A program made the position numbers and the translations under genes. DNA of 64,000 bases from Octopus sinensis (lineage: Eukaryota). The notes under the pieces are model-generated. The model saw only the letters and a program-made list of their open reading frames with translations. It was not told where the DNA came from and did not search any database. The stretch is from the NCBI RefSeq assembly GCF_006345805.1, contig NC_042997.1, positions 201,128,001 to 201,192,000 on the forward strand. The letters are read 5' to 3'. Each line of letters opens with the position of its first letter. Positions within the stretch are counted from its first letter, which is position 1. Positions 11,928 to 23,765 of this stretch are shown piece by piece.

Positions 11928-12190
11928 AGTGATGGTGATGATGATAGTGATGGTGATGATGACGACGACGATGATGATGATGATGATGATGATGATAGTG
12001 ATGGTGATGATGATGATGATAATGATGAAGATGATGATGAAGATAGTGATGGTGATGATGATAGTGATGGTGATGACGACGATGATAATGATGATGATGG
12101 TGATGATGACGATGATGATGATGGTGATGATGATCATGATGACAATGATGATGATGATGTTGATGATCATGATGACGGTGATGATAATGT
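11720..12190. repeat. (GAT)n compound microsatellite
   Basis: Direct reading. Confidence 0.95.
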
Positions 12191-12720
12191 CTTTTTCTGC
12201 CTATAATTTGCAATTTTTTTATAAAAGGAGTCATTTTCTAGTGTGGACAATGCTAGGTTTTTATAGTATCCTGTATCCATCGGGACTACAGCATTACCTT
12301 TGTCTGCTTCTTTGATTGTCAGGTCTTTGTCCTTTTTTAGCTGTGGTAGGTGCCTCCATTGTAGGCTTTTGAAGTTTGGTACAATTTTTGGTTTATAGAA
12401 AGTGTGAGGAAAATTCTTGATACGGTTGAAGAGGTCGTCTAGTGCTTTATTCCTTCCTTTGGGTGGTAGATAATTACTTTTGTAATTACCTAGTGATTCA
12501 TCATCGTTGTTGTAGTTGGTTTAGTGCTTCTGTCAATCAAAGTTTTCTACAGAATTCTGCAATATTATCTTTGATTTCATTGGAGTTGGGTCTATGTGGA
12601 GTGGGTGTAAATTTTAAACCTTTAGCTAAAATATGGATTTTTGTTGCGAAGAGAGTTTTCTTAGATAAATTGATTATTTTGGGTTTCTCCCGTAAGGTCT
12701 GTTCCAATTGATAATTATAG
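12190..12720 (-). pseudogene. Penelope-like RT, N-terminal part (inverted)
   Basis: IINLSKK..ILAKGLKFTPTP..FCRKL; IKEADKGNAVVPMDTGYYKNLALSTLENDSFYKKIANYRQKKTL. Confidence 0.85.
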
Positions 12721-12751
12721 GCAGCAAAAGACATTAAAAGATCTTGCAAGT

Positions 12752-13090
12752 GTAATCCTCAAACATGGAAAAGGTTTCACAGAAACAGATAAACACTACA
12801 TCGCAAACTTTAAATGCACACCAAGCCATTTCTATGGCCTCTCCCAAAATCCACAAGAGTCAAATAATTACTAATGCCTGCAAATCAAATCCAGGTCTAT
12901 ACATAAATATTCCAACACTAGAAGACTTAAAATTTAGGACGATTATAGTGGACACACCGCCTAAGCAGCTTTCTGGACATATTATTGAAACCTTTCCTCA
13001 GATACATTAAAAGTTTCATTAGAGATGATCTGGACATGCTAGAGCATCTACCAAAAACCACCAATGAAAAAGTTCTATTAGTCTCCTTTC
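12752..13090 (+). pseudogene. Penelope-like RT, following part
   Basis: ILKHGKGFTE..FYGL/PKIHKS..DLKFRTI..RLSSFLDILLKPFLRYIKSFIRDDLDMLEHLP..LLVSF. Confidence 0.85.
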
Positions 13091-13120
13091 AAATATATAT
13101 ATATATATATATATATTATA

Positions 13121-14013
13121 CAAGGTCTTATCAATAAGTATCCAAACTGTTGCCATAGTAATGAAGCTAAAACATGCAGAGTGGAGTCGCTTAGCACAGA
13201 TGGACATTGAACTCTGTTGTGCATGTACATAAGTTTTAACATTCTAGCTCACTTCCACTATTTACAGCAGTGCTTGGAAGGAAGGTGTGTAGTATGTGAT
13301 CATTGTGTTGACCATGACAGAGAAAGTTGTCATGGCAATATCTGCACAGAGGCTGGTGCAAAGTTGCAGAAAGGGTGTGGAGTGAAATGTATGGGCTTCA
13401 AACAAGTGTATGAGTGGTTCAGATGTTTCCAAAATGCCAATAAAATGTTGATATTGACAAATGTTCTGGGAGACCCGCAACCAACAGAACTGAGAAAATC
13501 ACGGCAGATGTGCATGCAGCTGTGAGGGAAATGATCAAATCACCATCTGTGAATTATCAGAGTATGTGCAGATTAGTTACGGTTCAGTTCAGTCTATTAT
13601 CACTGAAGATTTGGGTATGAGACACATGTCTGCCAAGTTTGTGCCAAAATTGCTTTCAGCTGACCAAAAAGACACTCAAGTTTCATTCATACAAGACCTC
13701 CTTCATTATGCTTAGAATGATGAGAACCATTTGAAAACTTTGTGTAGGCCTCTGAACAGGTATTGCTAAGCTTTTGGCAAAATTTGATGCAGATTCTCAG
13801 CTCAACTTTCTCTGTCATGGTCAATGCGACAATCACACGCTACACACCTTCTTTCTAAGCACTGCTGTAAACAGCAGAAATTAGCTAGAGTGTTAAAACT
13901 AAGTGCACATGCACAACAGAGTTCAAGGTCAATCTGTGTCAAGCAGCTTGTACTCTGCATGCTTTAGCTTCGTTACTATGGCAACAGTCCGGATACTTAT
14001 TGATCAGACCACA
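13121..14013 (+). mobile_element. Non-autonomous mariner derivative with ~190-bp inverted termini
   Basis: TA flanks; long arms are mutual reverse complements; centre encodes a transposase HTH remnant (VYEWFR..SAKFVPKLL); second copy at 36042. Confidence 0.88.
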
Positions 14014-14574
14014 TATCTGAATAAACATGGCTGAGAAAGTTTCTTACTGTAAGAAAATCTAACTTTAAAGATATTAACTGAGAAAGTATTTCTTAGACAG
14101 AGCAACAAGAAAGCTGAAGATCCACCACCACCACCACCACCACCACCACCACCACCACCACCACCACCACCAACCCACCTTTCCTTCACCAACAGCAGAA
14201 AACAGAATCACGGACAAGTAATATTTAAAGGAATTACAAATAGTTGAAGAATTATTAAAAAATTATTAGACATAAATTTGTGGCGCTGCTTTTCTGTGAA
14301 GCAACGCGGTACATAAGGACTGGTAAAATAGCAAAAATAAAGAATACATGTGACAGAGGAGTAGATAATGGTAAAAGATATGAGCAGGACAGGTAGAGAA
14401 AGGTAATTAGAAAATTACATAAAATATATATATATTAGTGAAATATGAAACAAAAGAGAAAAGTGTTTCTCCCGTGTTCAAAGGAGATAAGGAGAAAAGG
14501 TGTTATGCATATTCTGTGTAGCAACAACCTGGTCGATGAGAAAAAAGTTTAAAATGTCTTTAAGGAAAAACTTG

Positions 14575-14812
14575 CTCACACATACACACGCACAGACATA
14601 TATCTATGTGTATATATATATATACATGCATACATGTATATATATATGTATATATGTACATATTGATATATAGGTATGTGAGTGTGTATATATGTGTATA
14701 TATATATAAAGGTGTATGTGTATATATAGATATAAATGTGTGTGTATATATACATGCATATATACATGTGTGTGCATATGTGCATGTGTATGTGCATGTA
14801 TATATACATATA

Positions 14813-14857
<45 letters not shown>

Positions 14858-14961
14858 GCATACACATAAACATAAACATAAACATATATACATAAGTATA
14901 TGTTTGCAGGCTGATATCTACATATATACAGACACATACATATATATATGTTTGTATATAC

Positions 14962-15001
<40 letters not shown>

Positions 15002-15180
15002 ATAAATATATGCACATATATACATGTATACATATATATGTATATGTATGCAGGTGTGTATGTACATACATGTGTATTTATGTATGTATGTATGTATGTA
15101 TGTATGTATGTATATATGTATGTATGTATGTATATGTGTGTGTATGTGTATGAGTGTGAATGTGTGCATGCACGTGTGTG
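14575..15180. repeat. (TA)/(TG)/(TATG)n compound microsatellite
   Basis: Direct reading. Confidence 0.95.
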
Positions 15181-15720
15181 TGTCTCTCTGCCTGTGAATA
15201 TTCAAGTCTACAAAATTGATTCTATCAGGAAATTCTATCCTTTACTCGGTGTTTGCAGAAGTCAAAACAGTGCAAAAATATGCGACACAACAGACCTTCA
15301 GGAAAAGCAACAACAAAAGATGTTTCGCTATCAAAGGAGCCAAATTGAATCTGTGTAGCCAACTTTGGAAAATCTATTTCTCATTCCGACTTAACTCTCT
15401 CGGTAACAAAGGGCTGGCATTGCCTTTAAAAGAATTATAGATTAAGGTCCACAGAAACGGCTCAATCATTTTCTATTATGTTCCTTAAGTTACAATTCCC
15501 TACTTTGGCATCCTCCTCTGTTTCCCCTCCCACGACAGTTAGAATAATTCCTGCCCCTTTTAACCTGATATTTCTATGCTAACTCAAAGTAAAATCCCTT
15601 TGATGCAACACAGAAGCCACCTCTGCTTCGCTCTTCTACTAATCATGCTGTTTTAGTCTGGGATGGAGGGACAAGTCCCATAAAGTTACTGGCCCTCGAA
15701 CTTTGCAGAAGAAATCAGTT

Positions 15721-15912
15721 GTACAGTTCTATATTTAAGAGATGAGGAATTATGTACATTATTTACCTTATTAACAATTGATGGATATTTGTCCTCATCT
15801 TATTTATTGTTAACACAATGTTTCAGCTGATATATACTCTAGCCTTCTTCAGGTGTCTTGGGGAAATATTAAGCTTGGGTTCTCATTCCTAAGGTATTTT
15901 TCGATGTTGTTG

Positions 15913-15962
<50 letters not shown>

Positions 15963-16034
15963 ATCTCTGCCTGGAATCGAACTCAGAATCTTGGGATTAG
16001 TAGCCCAAGCTCTTAATCACTACGCCATATGCCC
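15721..16034 (-). mobile_element. tRNA-headed hammerhead element, full length with long 3' end
   Basis: Head GGGCATATGGCGTAGTGATTAAGAG..GAGTTCGATTCC, (AAT)n, hammerhead, end ..TAAATATAGAACTGTAC. Confidence 0.88.
15812..15857 (-). ncRNA. Type I hammerhead ribozyme motif (CUGAAGA / GAAACAUU variant)
   Basis: GACAC CUGAAGA A GGCUAG AGUAUAUA UCAGCU GAAAC AUU GUGUU; stem III closing pair mutated. Confidence 0.7.
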
Positions 16035-16047
16035 ATGAGCATATGGC

Positions 16048-16268
16048 ATCAAATGTAAATAATTTAAATAATGTGCATAATTCCTCATCTCTTAAATATG
16101 GAACTGTGCTGTACTACACTTTGACAATTTTTGATGTCTAGGCATGAGAACCCAGGTTTGAAATTTCCCCAAGACACCTGATGAAGGCTGGAGGGTATAT
16201 CAGCTGAAATGTTGTGTTAACAACAAACAAGATGAGGACAAATATCCGTCAAATGTAAATAATGTAAA
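16048..16268 (+). mobile_element. Rearranged plus-strand pieces of the hammerhead element
   Basis: 16048-16107 is the long 3' end; 16140-16268 is the body with a hammerhead at 16173-16218 and the short 3' end. Confidence 0.85.
16173..16218 (+). ncRNA. Type I hammerhead ribozyme motif
   Basis: GACAC CUGAUGA A GGCUGG AGGGUAUA UCAGCU GAAAU GUU GUGUU. Confidence 0.78.
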
Positions 16269-16334
16269 ACAAAATTCTTTGTTATCTATTTTCCAACCTT
16301 TTATATCCTGCACTTGGTCACCCCATGGGAACTA

Positions 16335-17185
16335 GTGCCACATAAAAACCACCCATGCTGGTGTCACATAAAAAACCATCCATGTTGGTGTCACATAAAA
16401 ACCACCCATGCTGGTGTCACATAAAAACCACCCATGCTGGTGTCACATAAAACCACCCATGCTGGTGTCACATAAAAACCACCCATGCTGGTGTCACATA
16501 AAAAACCATCCATGCTGGTGTCACATAAAAACCACCCATGCTGGTGTCACATAAAAACCACCCATGCTGGTGTCACATAAAACCACCCATGCTGGTGTCA
16601 CATAAAAACCATCCATGCTGGTGTCACATAAAAACCACCCATGCTGGTGTCACATAAAAAACCACCCATGCTGGTGTCACATAAAAACCACCCATGCTGG
16701 TGTCACATAAAAACCACCCATGCTGGTGTCACATAAAAACCACCCATGCTGGTGTCACATAAAAAACCACCCATGCTGGTGTCACATAAAAAACCATCCA
16801 TGCTGGTGTCACATAAAAAACCATCCATGCTGGTGTCACATAAAAACCACCCATGCTGGTGTCACATAAAACCCACCCATGCTGGTGTCACATAAAAAAC
16901 CATACATGCTGGTGTCACATAAAACCCACCCATGCTGGTGTCACATAAAAAACCACCCATGCTGGTGTCACATAAAAACCACCCATGCTGGTGTCACATA
17001 AAACCCACCCATGCTGGTGTCACATAAAACCCACCCATGCTGGTGTCACATAAAAAACCATACATGCTGGTGTCACATAAAACCCACCCATGCTGGTGTC
17101 ACATAAAAAACCACCCATGCTGGTGTCATATAAAAACCACCCATGCTGGTGTCACATAGAAAACCATCCATGCTGGTGCCACATA
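16335..17185 (+). repeat. ~26-bp minisatellite (about 32 units) inside an RTE tail (16325-17325)
   Basis: Unit GTCACATAAAAACCACCCATGCTGGT with an A-run of 4-6; runs directly into GTGGTTGGTATTAGGAAGGG. Confidence 0.95.
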
Positions 17186-17804
17186 AAAAAGCACTCCATT
17201 CATTCGGCAAAGTGGTTGGTATTAGGAAGGGTATCCAGCCATTAGAAACCTTACTACAACAGACAACTGGTGCCAGGTGCAGCTCTCCAGCTTGCCAGCG
17301 TCCCTCAAACTGTCCAATCATGCCATAATTGACCGTGTCTTACAGGCTTCTTTGAGTAAAAGGCAGCTGAAAAGAAAATCACAAATGAAATTTCTTGCAC
17401 ATCTCAGGCTAGATGAAGTTATAAAACTTCATAACCTGAATTGTGATGACAGTATTCATGTGAGGAGCAATGACACCCAAGTATTATTAGCATTTGTAGA
17501 CATCAGGTTTGATGTAAATCTACAAAAAAAAAAGGAAACTGAACACCGGAGAGTAATTTTGATGAAATTCTTAGTCCTGGTGTATTTATCATCACCATCA
17601 CCACCACCGCCGCCGCCGTCACCATCACCATCATCACCACCATCATCACCACCATCATCAATCATCATGATTGATTGATTGAACTTTTAATCAAACAATT
17701 AATTAGTTAATCAGCTAACACTTTAACTAATAATTCTCATAGAACAAAGTGGAATAGAACCAGTGTGTGTGAGTATTTCTTATTGGCAAGACACAAGGGC
17801 AATC

Positions 17805-18520
17805 ATCATCATCATCATCATCATTTAATGTCTGTGGTCCATGCTGGCATCGGTTGGACGGTTTGACCAGGGCTGGTATGCTAGGAGGCTGCGCCAAGCA
17901 CCAGTCTGATTTGGAATGGTTTTCTATGGCTGGATGCCCTTCCTAATGCCAACCATTCCAAGAGTGTAATGGGTGCTTTCATGTGCCACCGGCATAGGTG
18001 CCATTTGTATGACATCAGTATCTGCTACAACCATCATCATCATTGTTGTTTAACTCTGCTTTCCATGCTGGCATGGGTTGGATGGTTTGACTGAGGACTG
18101 GTGAGCCAGAAGGCTGCACCAGGCTCAATCTGATCTGACAAAGTTTCTACAGCTGGATGCCCTTCCTAATGCCAACCGCTCTGAGAGTGTAGTGGGTGCT
18201 TTTACGTGCCACTGGCACAAGGGCCAGTCAGGCAGTTCTGGCAACGACCCCGCTCAAAAGGTGTTTTTATGTGCCACCTGCACAGAAGCCAGTCCAGAGG
18301 CACTGGCAATAACCACGCTTGAATGTTGTTTTTCACGTGCCACTGACACATGTAGTGGTAAGGTGACACTGGCAATGATCATACTTGAATGGTACTTTTT
18401 ACATGCTACCAGCACGGGAGCCAATCCATGGCCCTGGCAATGATCATGCTCAGATGTGTTTTTAATGTTCCACTGGCACAAGTGACAATCAGGCGGTAAT
18501 GTCATCAGCCACATCAGTGA
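17805..18520 (-). mobile_element. Two adjacent RTE tails
   Basis: (ATC)n starts near 17805 and 18030, each followed by the conserved tail. Confidence 0.82.
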
Positions 18521-19372
18521 TTTTGATTTGATATGTATATTAAACAGACTTAATGGATCTAACTAACATTAAATTAATAAATTTAGAGGAAAAATTTGGT
18601 AAGGTGGAACAAGACTGATCTTGGCTCCAGGAGGAATGGTCCTATTAGAATTGAAGCAGGGTTTGAAGTTTTATTCTTGGGCTTTTCTTTGGTGTGGCAA
18701 TTTCCTGACTACTGTACAACCCTGACTCTACCTCTTAGAGAGGCCCTTGTTGAGAGTCAATAGTTTAAGTATTTGAATATCAATTATTGATCAGTTCTGA
18801 TCAGTTTTTCTTGAATATATATTTGGTACTGAGGGACCTGATCAAGGGATTATCATGCTATTTTCAATGTTCTCATGCTGAAAGTAGATGTTGTTGTTGT
18901 TGTTGCTATTCAGAAATTTGATCACTGACATTCCAACCATGACTAGCACTACATTGTCAAAATGGGGTGTGATACAATGGGGTGTGATTTGAGTGATATT
19001 TGGCAGCTATTTCTAGCATGTCAAGCAACCACAACGAGAATTTCAAAATGGCAGTTTCTTAAATGCAGTGAATCATAAATAGATTTATTGTCTGATGATA
19101 ACATTACACCAGGAAAAATTGTTTATGTACAGAAGACATTTGAAACCCCTCGTTTTAGATCATTATATGCCACGGATTCAGTAGACAATGTACAAGTGTC
19201 TGTACTGAAAATTGATCACATAATGTTCTTTAATCTATAATGTTATTGAATCTCTCTGTCAGTTTTTGATGTTTTTTGTTTGCTTTAAAATTGAGATAGA
19301 AAAATGAAATATCTCCAAACAACCTAAACAACTTCATTGTCTGATGACAATGAAAATTCATCTAAAATACTA

Positions 19373-19558
19373 TTACCCCTTTAGCATTCATGTTACATCG
19401 ATTAATGTAAAGCTTATTGATTCGCATTGTTTTGACTTGATCGTGCATTATTTCACAGTTTCAAAATTCTGATGTCATATTGCTTATTTTTAGAATGACA
19501 TTGTAGAGTAGGAGTGAGAGGCCAGATAAGGCCAATTTACGTGCTTCAAGGGATTTAA
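19373..19558 (+). mobile_element. piggyBac-like MITE, diverged
   Basis: TTACCCCTTTAGCATTC start and AAGGGATTTAA end; homologous to 19715 and 58054. Confidence 0.55.
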
Positions 19559-19714
19559 CAGGATTATAAAAGATGTTGAACAGGGGTGTAAAAATGAGTA
19601 GATGAGTATAAAAGATGTAGAGCTGATGACAGGAAGAACATCCAACCATTATGCATTACTTCAGTAAACCTATCCAATACAACATGACAGCATTGAAAAT
19701 GAAAATAAAGTGAT

Positions 19715-20810
19715 TTAACCCTTTAGCATTCAGATTATTCTGTCAAATGTAATGCTTATTCATATGCTTTGAATTAATCTTGCATTATTTCGTACCTCTG
19801 AGATTTTGATGATGTAATTTTCATATTTTTAGAATTATTGGGTCATCCCATAAATAATGTAGTTTTTTACAACTGCATGAACTAAAAGTTGGAGGGGTAT
19901 GGGATAAACTACCTGCATCAATTTGCTATGAAAGCAGGTAGTAATTATACCTTGTCCTTATTCTTAAAACAAGTTTTGAAGTGTACAGCTCGATTTTAAC
20001 GGTTATTTTTTGAAACCTATAATGGAAGTGACAAAGGAGCATATTCTGTTTTATGAGTTCAATAAAGGCAACAACACAATGGAAAGTGCGAGGAATATTA
20101 ATGCAGTATGTGGGGATCAGACAATAAATGTAAGCCAGTGTCAGTGGTGGTTCCAGAAATTCTGAGTCAGAAACTACAGCCTAGAAGATGAGTCTCATCC
20201 TGGAAGATCTGTAGAGCTTGACAAGGATGTTCTGCAAACCCTGGTGGAACAAAAATCCCATCGTAGCAGAGAAGCTTGGATTTGGTCATTCAACCATTCA
20301 TTGACACCTGGATGCCATCAGAAAACAACCATCTTTAGCTTCAAGGCAAAAGGTGTTCTTCCATCAGGATAATGCTCGGTCATATTCCAAAGACTGGAGC
20401 AATTTGAATGGGAAACTATGTCTCACCCACCATATTCATTGGACATTGCTCCATCTGATTATCCTTTATTCTGCAGTCTTCAAAATCATTTGGATGGAAA
20501 AAATATGACTTCTGTATAAGAGTTCAGAATAGTACTGGAGGAGTATTTTTCATCATGGTCAAGTGAATTTTGGAAGAAGAGCCTTGCAAGTCTACCAGAT
20601 AGATGGAAGAGCATTGTAGAAAATGAAGGAGAGTATATTTTAGATTCAAAAAAGTTCTTTGTTTATCTTAATTTTGAAAAATAAAAGAAATCTTAAAAAA
20701 CCACATTATTTATGAGATGACACAATATATTGTAGAGTAGGTGTGAGGGGCTAGATCTGGTTGGTTTGAACAAGTAGAATATTTGGCTGGTTTAAATGCG
20801 AAATGGTTTA
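19715..20810 (+). mobile_element. piggyBac-like MITE hosting a mariner
   Basis: TTAA+CCCTTTAGCATT start; body resumes TTGTAGAGTAGG after the mariner, as in the 19373 copy. Confidence 0.65.
19838..20725 (+). mobile_element. Internally deleted mariner
   Basis: TIRs TTGGGTCATCCCATAAATAATG / CATTATTTATGAGATGACACAA, TA flanks; MEVTKEH..FYEFNKG, HQDNAR, HPPYSLDIAPSDY. Confidence 0.92.
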
Positions 20811-20814
20811 GTAT

Positions 20815-21217
20815 TTACTCTTTTACTTGTTTCAGTCATTTGCCTGCAGCAATGCTGGAGCACTGCCTTTAGTCAAGCAAATCGACACCAGGACTTATTC
20901 TTTGGAAGCCTAGTACTTATTTTATTGGTCTCTTTTGCTGAAATGCTAAGTTACGAGGACGTAAACACACCAACATCAATTGTCAAGTAATGTTAGGGGG
21001 GACAAACACAGACACACAAACATATATACACACATGCACATATATATATATATATATACATATATACAATGGGCTTCTTTCAGTCTCCATCTACCAAATC
21101 CACTCACAAGGCTTTGGTCGGTCTGAGGCTATAGTAGAAGACACTTGCCCAAGGTACCACTGAACCTGGAACCATTTGGTTGGTAAGCAAGCTACTTACC
21201 ACAAAGCCACCTGCGCC
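20815..21217 (-). mobile_element. SINE-A, full length
   Basis: Matches 10735-11130. Confidence 0.88.
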
Positions 21218-21313
21218 TACATATTAGCATAGAATTTTTGAAAAATGTATAACATTCTCCATAGTGGCATCGAAAATCAGACAAATGACACTATTTTCCA
21301 CAGAATACAACTA

Positions 21314-21528
21314 AAGCTAGCGAGCTGGCAGAAGCGTTACCATACCATGCAAAATGTTTAGTGATATTTCATCTGTCTTTATATTTTGAGTTCAAATTCC
21401 ACCGAGGTCGACTTTACCTTTTGTCCTTTGAGGGTTGCTAAATTAAGTACCACGTGAGTACTGGGGACGATGTAATTGACTGGCTTCCTCCCTCAAAATT
21501 TTTGGCCTTATGCCTAGAGTAGAAAAGA
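21314..21528 (+). mobile_element. SINE-B with a 14-bp TSD
   Basis: ACAGAATACAACTA at 21300-21313 and 21529-21542; B box GAGTTCAAATTCC. Confidence 0.85.
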
Positions 21529-21834
21529 ACAGAATACAACTAGACAGCTGATGAGAGACATGTTGACAATTTGTCATGTTTGAAGGGTTATGAGGAGTTG
21601 TGTATTGTTGAGGACTATGTAACCTCTCTGGTGTAGGTGCTATGAGGAAATGAAGCTAGTACACCTTGTAAATTGGTTGGCAACAGGGAGGATGTCCAAC
21701 TATGGAAATTTAGCCAAATGACATGTAGAAGCCCTAGTTTATGGGGAAGTGGTTCTTGATGAGTGGTGACTTGGATTGTAATGAACCATCCAAACCGTGA
21801 CACAATGGAAAGTAAGTGTAAGATGATGATGATG

Positions 21835-22030
21835 AGGGGGAGAAAGAGGAAGGGAAGAAGAGGAGGGGAAGAAGAGGAAGTTGGGGAAGAAGGTAGGGTG
21901 GAGGAAGGGTGGATGGAGGGGGAGGGGGAGGATGAGGTAAGGAGGAGAGGGGGGTAAGGAATGAAGAGAGGGGATGAGGATGGGGAGGAGGAAGGGGTGG
22001 AGTTTAGGAAGAGGAAGCAGAAGAGGAGAA
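21835..22030 (+). repeat. G/A-rich low-complexity tract
   Basis: Multiple GGG runs, almost no C. Confidence 0.85.
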
Positions 22031-22224
22031 AAAGGAGAATTCTATCATCAATCGTAAAAATAAAAATGAATTACACGAAGCATTATTTGAATTTAGAACA
22101 TTTACATCACAAATCCAATAGCATGAAGGAGTTAAATTGATTACATCTGAAGCCAACTCAACCAGGGGTGACCTGGGGCTAAACAACACCAACAACCGAT
22201 TAAATCTCTATATTATTCTAAATA

Positions 22225-22463
22225 CAATTTCATTATTATTATTATATTTATTATTATCATTATTATTATTATCATTAATATTATTATCATTATTATTATT
22301 ATCATTAATATTATTATTATTATCATTAATATTAATATCATTATTGTTATTATCATTATCACCATCATCATCATCATTATTACTATCATCATCATCATCA
22401 TAATTATTATTTCTATCATCGTCATCATCATTATTATTATTATTACTATCATCGTCATCATCA

Positions 22464-22521
<58 letters not shown>

Positions 22522-22740
22522 CGTCATTATGATCATTATTGTTATTATTATTACTATCATCATCATCATCATCATTATTATTATTATCATTATTATTATT
22601 ATTACTATCATCGTCATCATTATTATTATTATTACTATCATTGTCATCATCATCATTATTATTTTTATTATTATCATTATTATTATCACTATTATTATTG
22701 TTGTTGTTGTTGTTGTTGTTGTTGTTATTATTATTATTAT
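22225..22740. repeat. (ATT)/(ATC)/(GTT)n compound microsatellite
   Basis: Direct reading. Confidence 0.95.
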
Positions 22741-23724
22741 TCAAATGTGTATAACACATCTTTTGGATGAAGTTAACAAAATTACTCAAGTGTTATAAAG
22801 CTCTATATACCGTTGTAGCTTTTTTTTTTAAAGTGTATATTTAAAAGCGGTTTTTTTTTCCTTTTTTTTTTTCAGCTTTCCTGGCAACAATGTAATATAT
22901 TCCTGGAATTTCACAAAAGAAATTTTGTTTACTGGAATCCTGAATAACCAGCAGAGATTATCATTAGATTCCAATATATCTGACTTTCATCTCTTTGATC
23001 TGCCACCTTTCAAGTTGAAATGTTTGGACGCTAGAGAGCTATTCGAGGAATGAGTTACCATGTAATAGATGATCACGGAATTCAATACCAACAACAACAA
23101 CAACAAAAAAAAAACATAAAAAATTACATTAAAAAAAACATAAAAAATTAATTTTTTTTTCTCAATGTATTTTATAATTTTCCAGCCTTTAGATATGAAA
23201 GCAAAAAAAAAAAAAAGAGAAAAAACACAATCCTGTGCATTTTTACCCTCTAATCAGTTTTATTGTTATGGTCAGCTTTTAAATTAAGTCTTGTTTCAAA
23301 TGTATGTTTCTTTAATAGAGATATAGAACTGGTTGAAGGACACAACCCACTCACTCTTTTGAAGGGATGACATAAATAATGTCCCCGGAAAAAAGGATTC
23401 CCTTCCATTCTCTCCGACACTCATCACCATTTTAATGCCTGTCATTACATGTTGGCGTGGACTATAAGATGGTGGGGTACGTTTGGGGAAGTTTTTTTTT
23501 TACAGGAATGGGATAAGGGAGACGTGGTTGTGTTGGTTGAAAAGGTTGCTTCTCAACAATGTGGCTTCGGGCTCAATCCTGCTGCATGGCACCTGGGGCC
23601 AGGTATTTTCTGCTACAGTCTGGACCTGAAAAAAGGTAAATTTGGTAGGTTGAAAAAAATGCTGAAATAAGTGTGTGTGTGTGTGTATGAGTGTGTGTGT
23701 GCGCGTGCATGTGTATGAGTGTGC

Positions 23725-23765
<41 letters not shown>

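Noticed and set aside
16335-17185. CRISPR-like appearance of the 26-bp array
   Set aside because: Units are contiguous with no unique spacers, derive from the RTE UTR and have no cas genes; the DNA is eukaryotic.
17277-17678. 133-aa plus-strand ORF
   Set aside because: It starts in an RTE tail and ends in a microsatellite; the middle resembles no family I know and splice signals are weak.
21545-21600. CTGATGA followed by a hairpin and GAAG
   Set aside because: GAAA is missing and there is no stem I complement or cleavage triplet; not a hammerhead.
22877-23060. Strong plus-strand acceptor followed by possible exon
   Set aside because: All three frames from the acceptor hit stops within about 25 codons and no donor is convincing.
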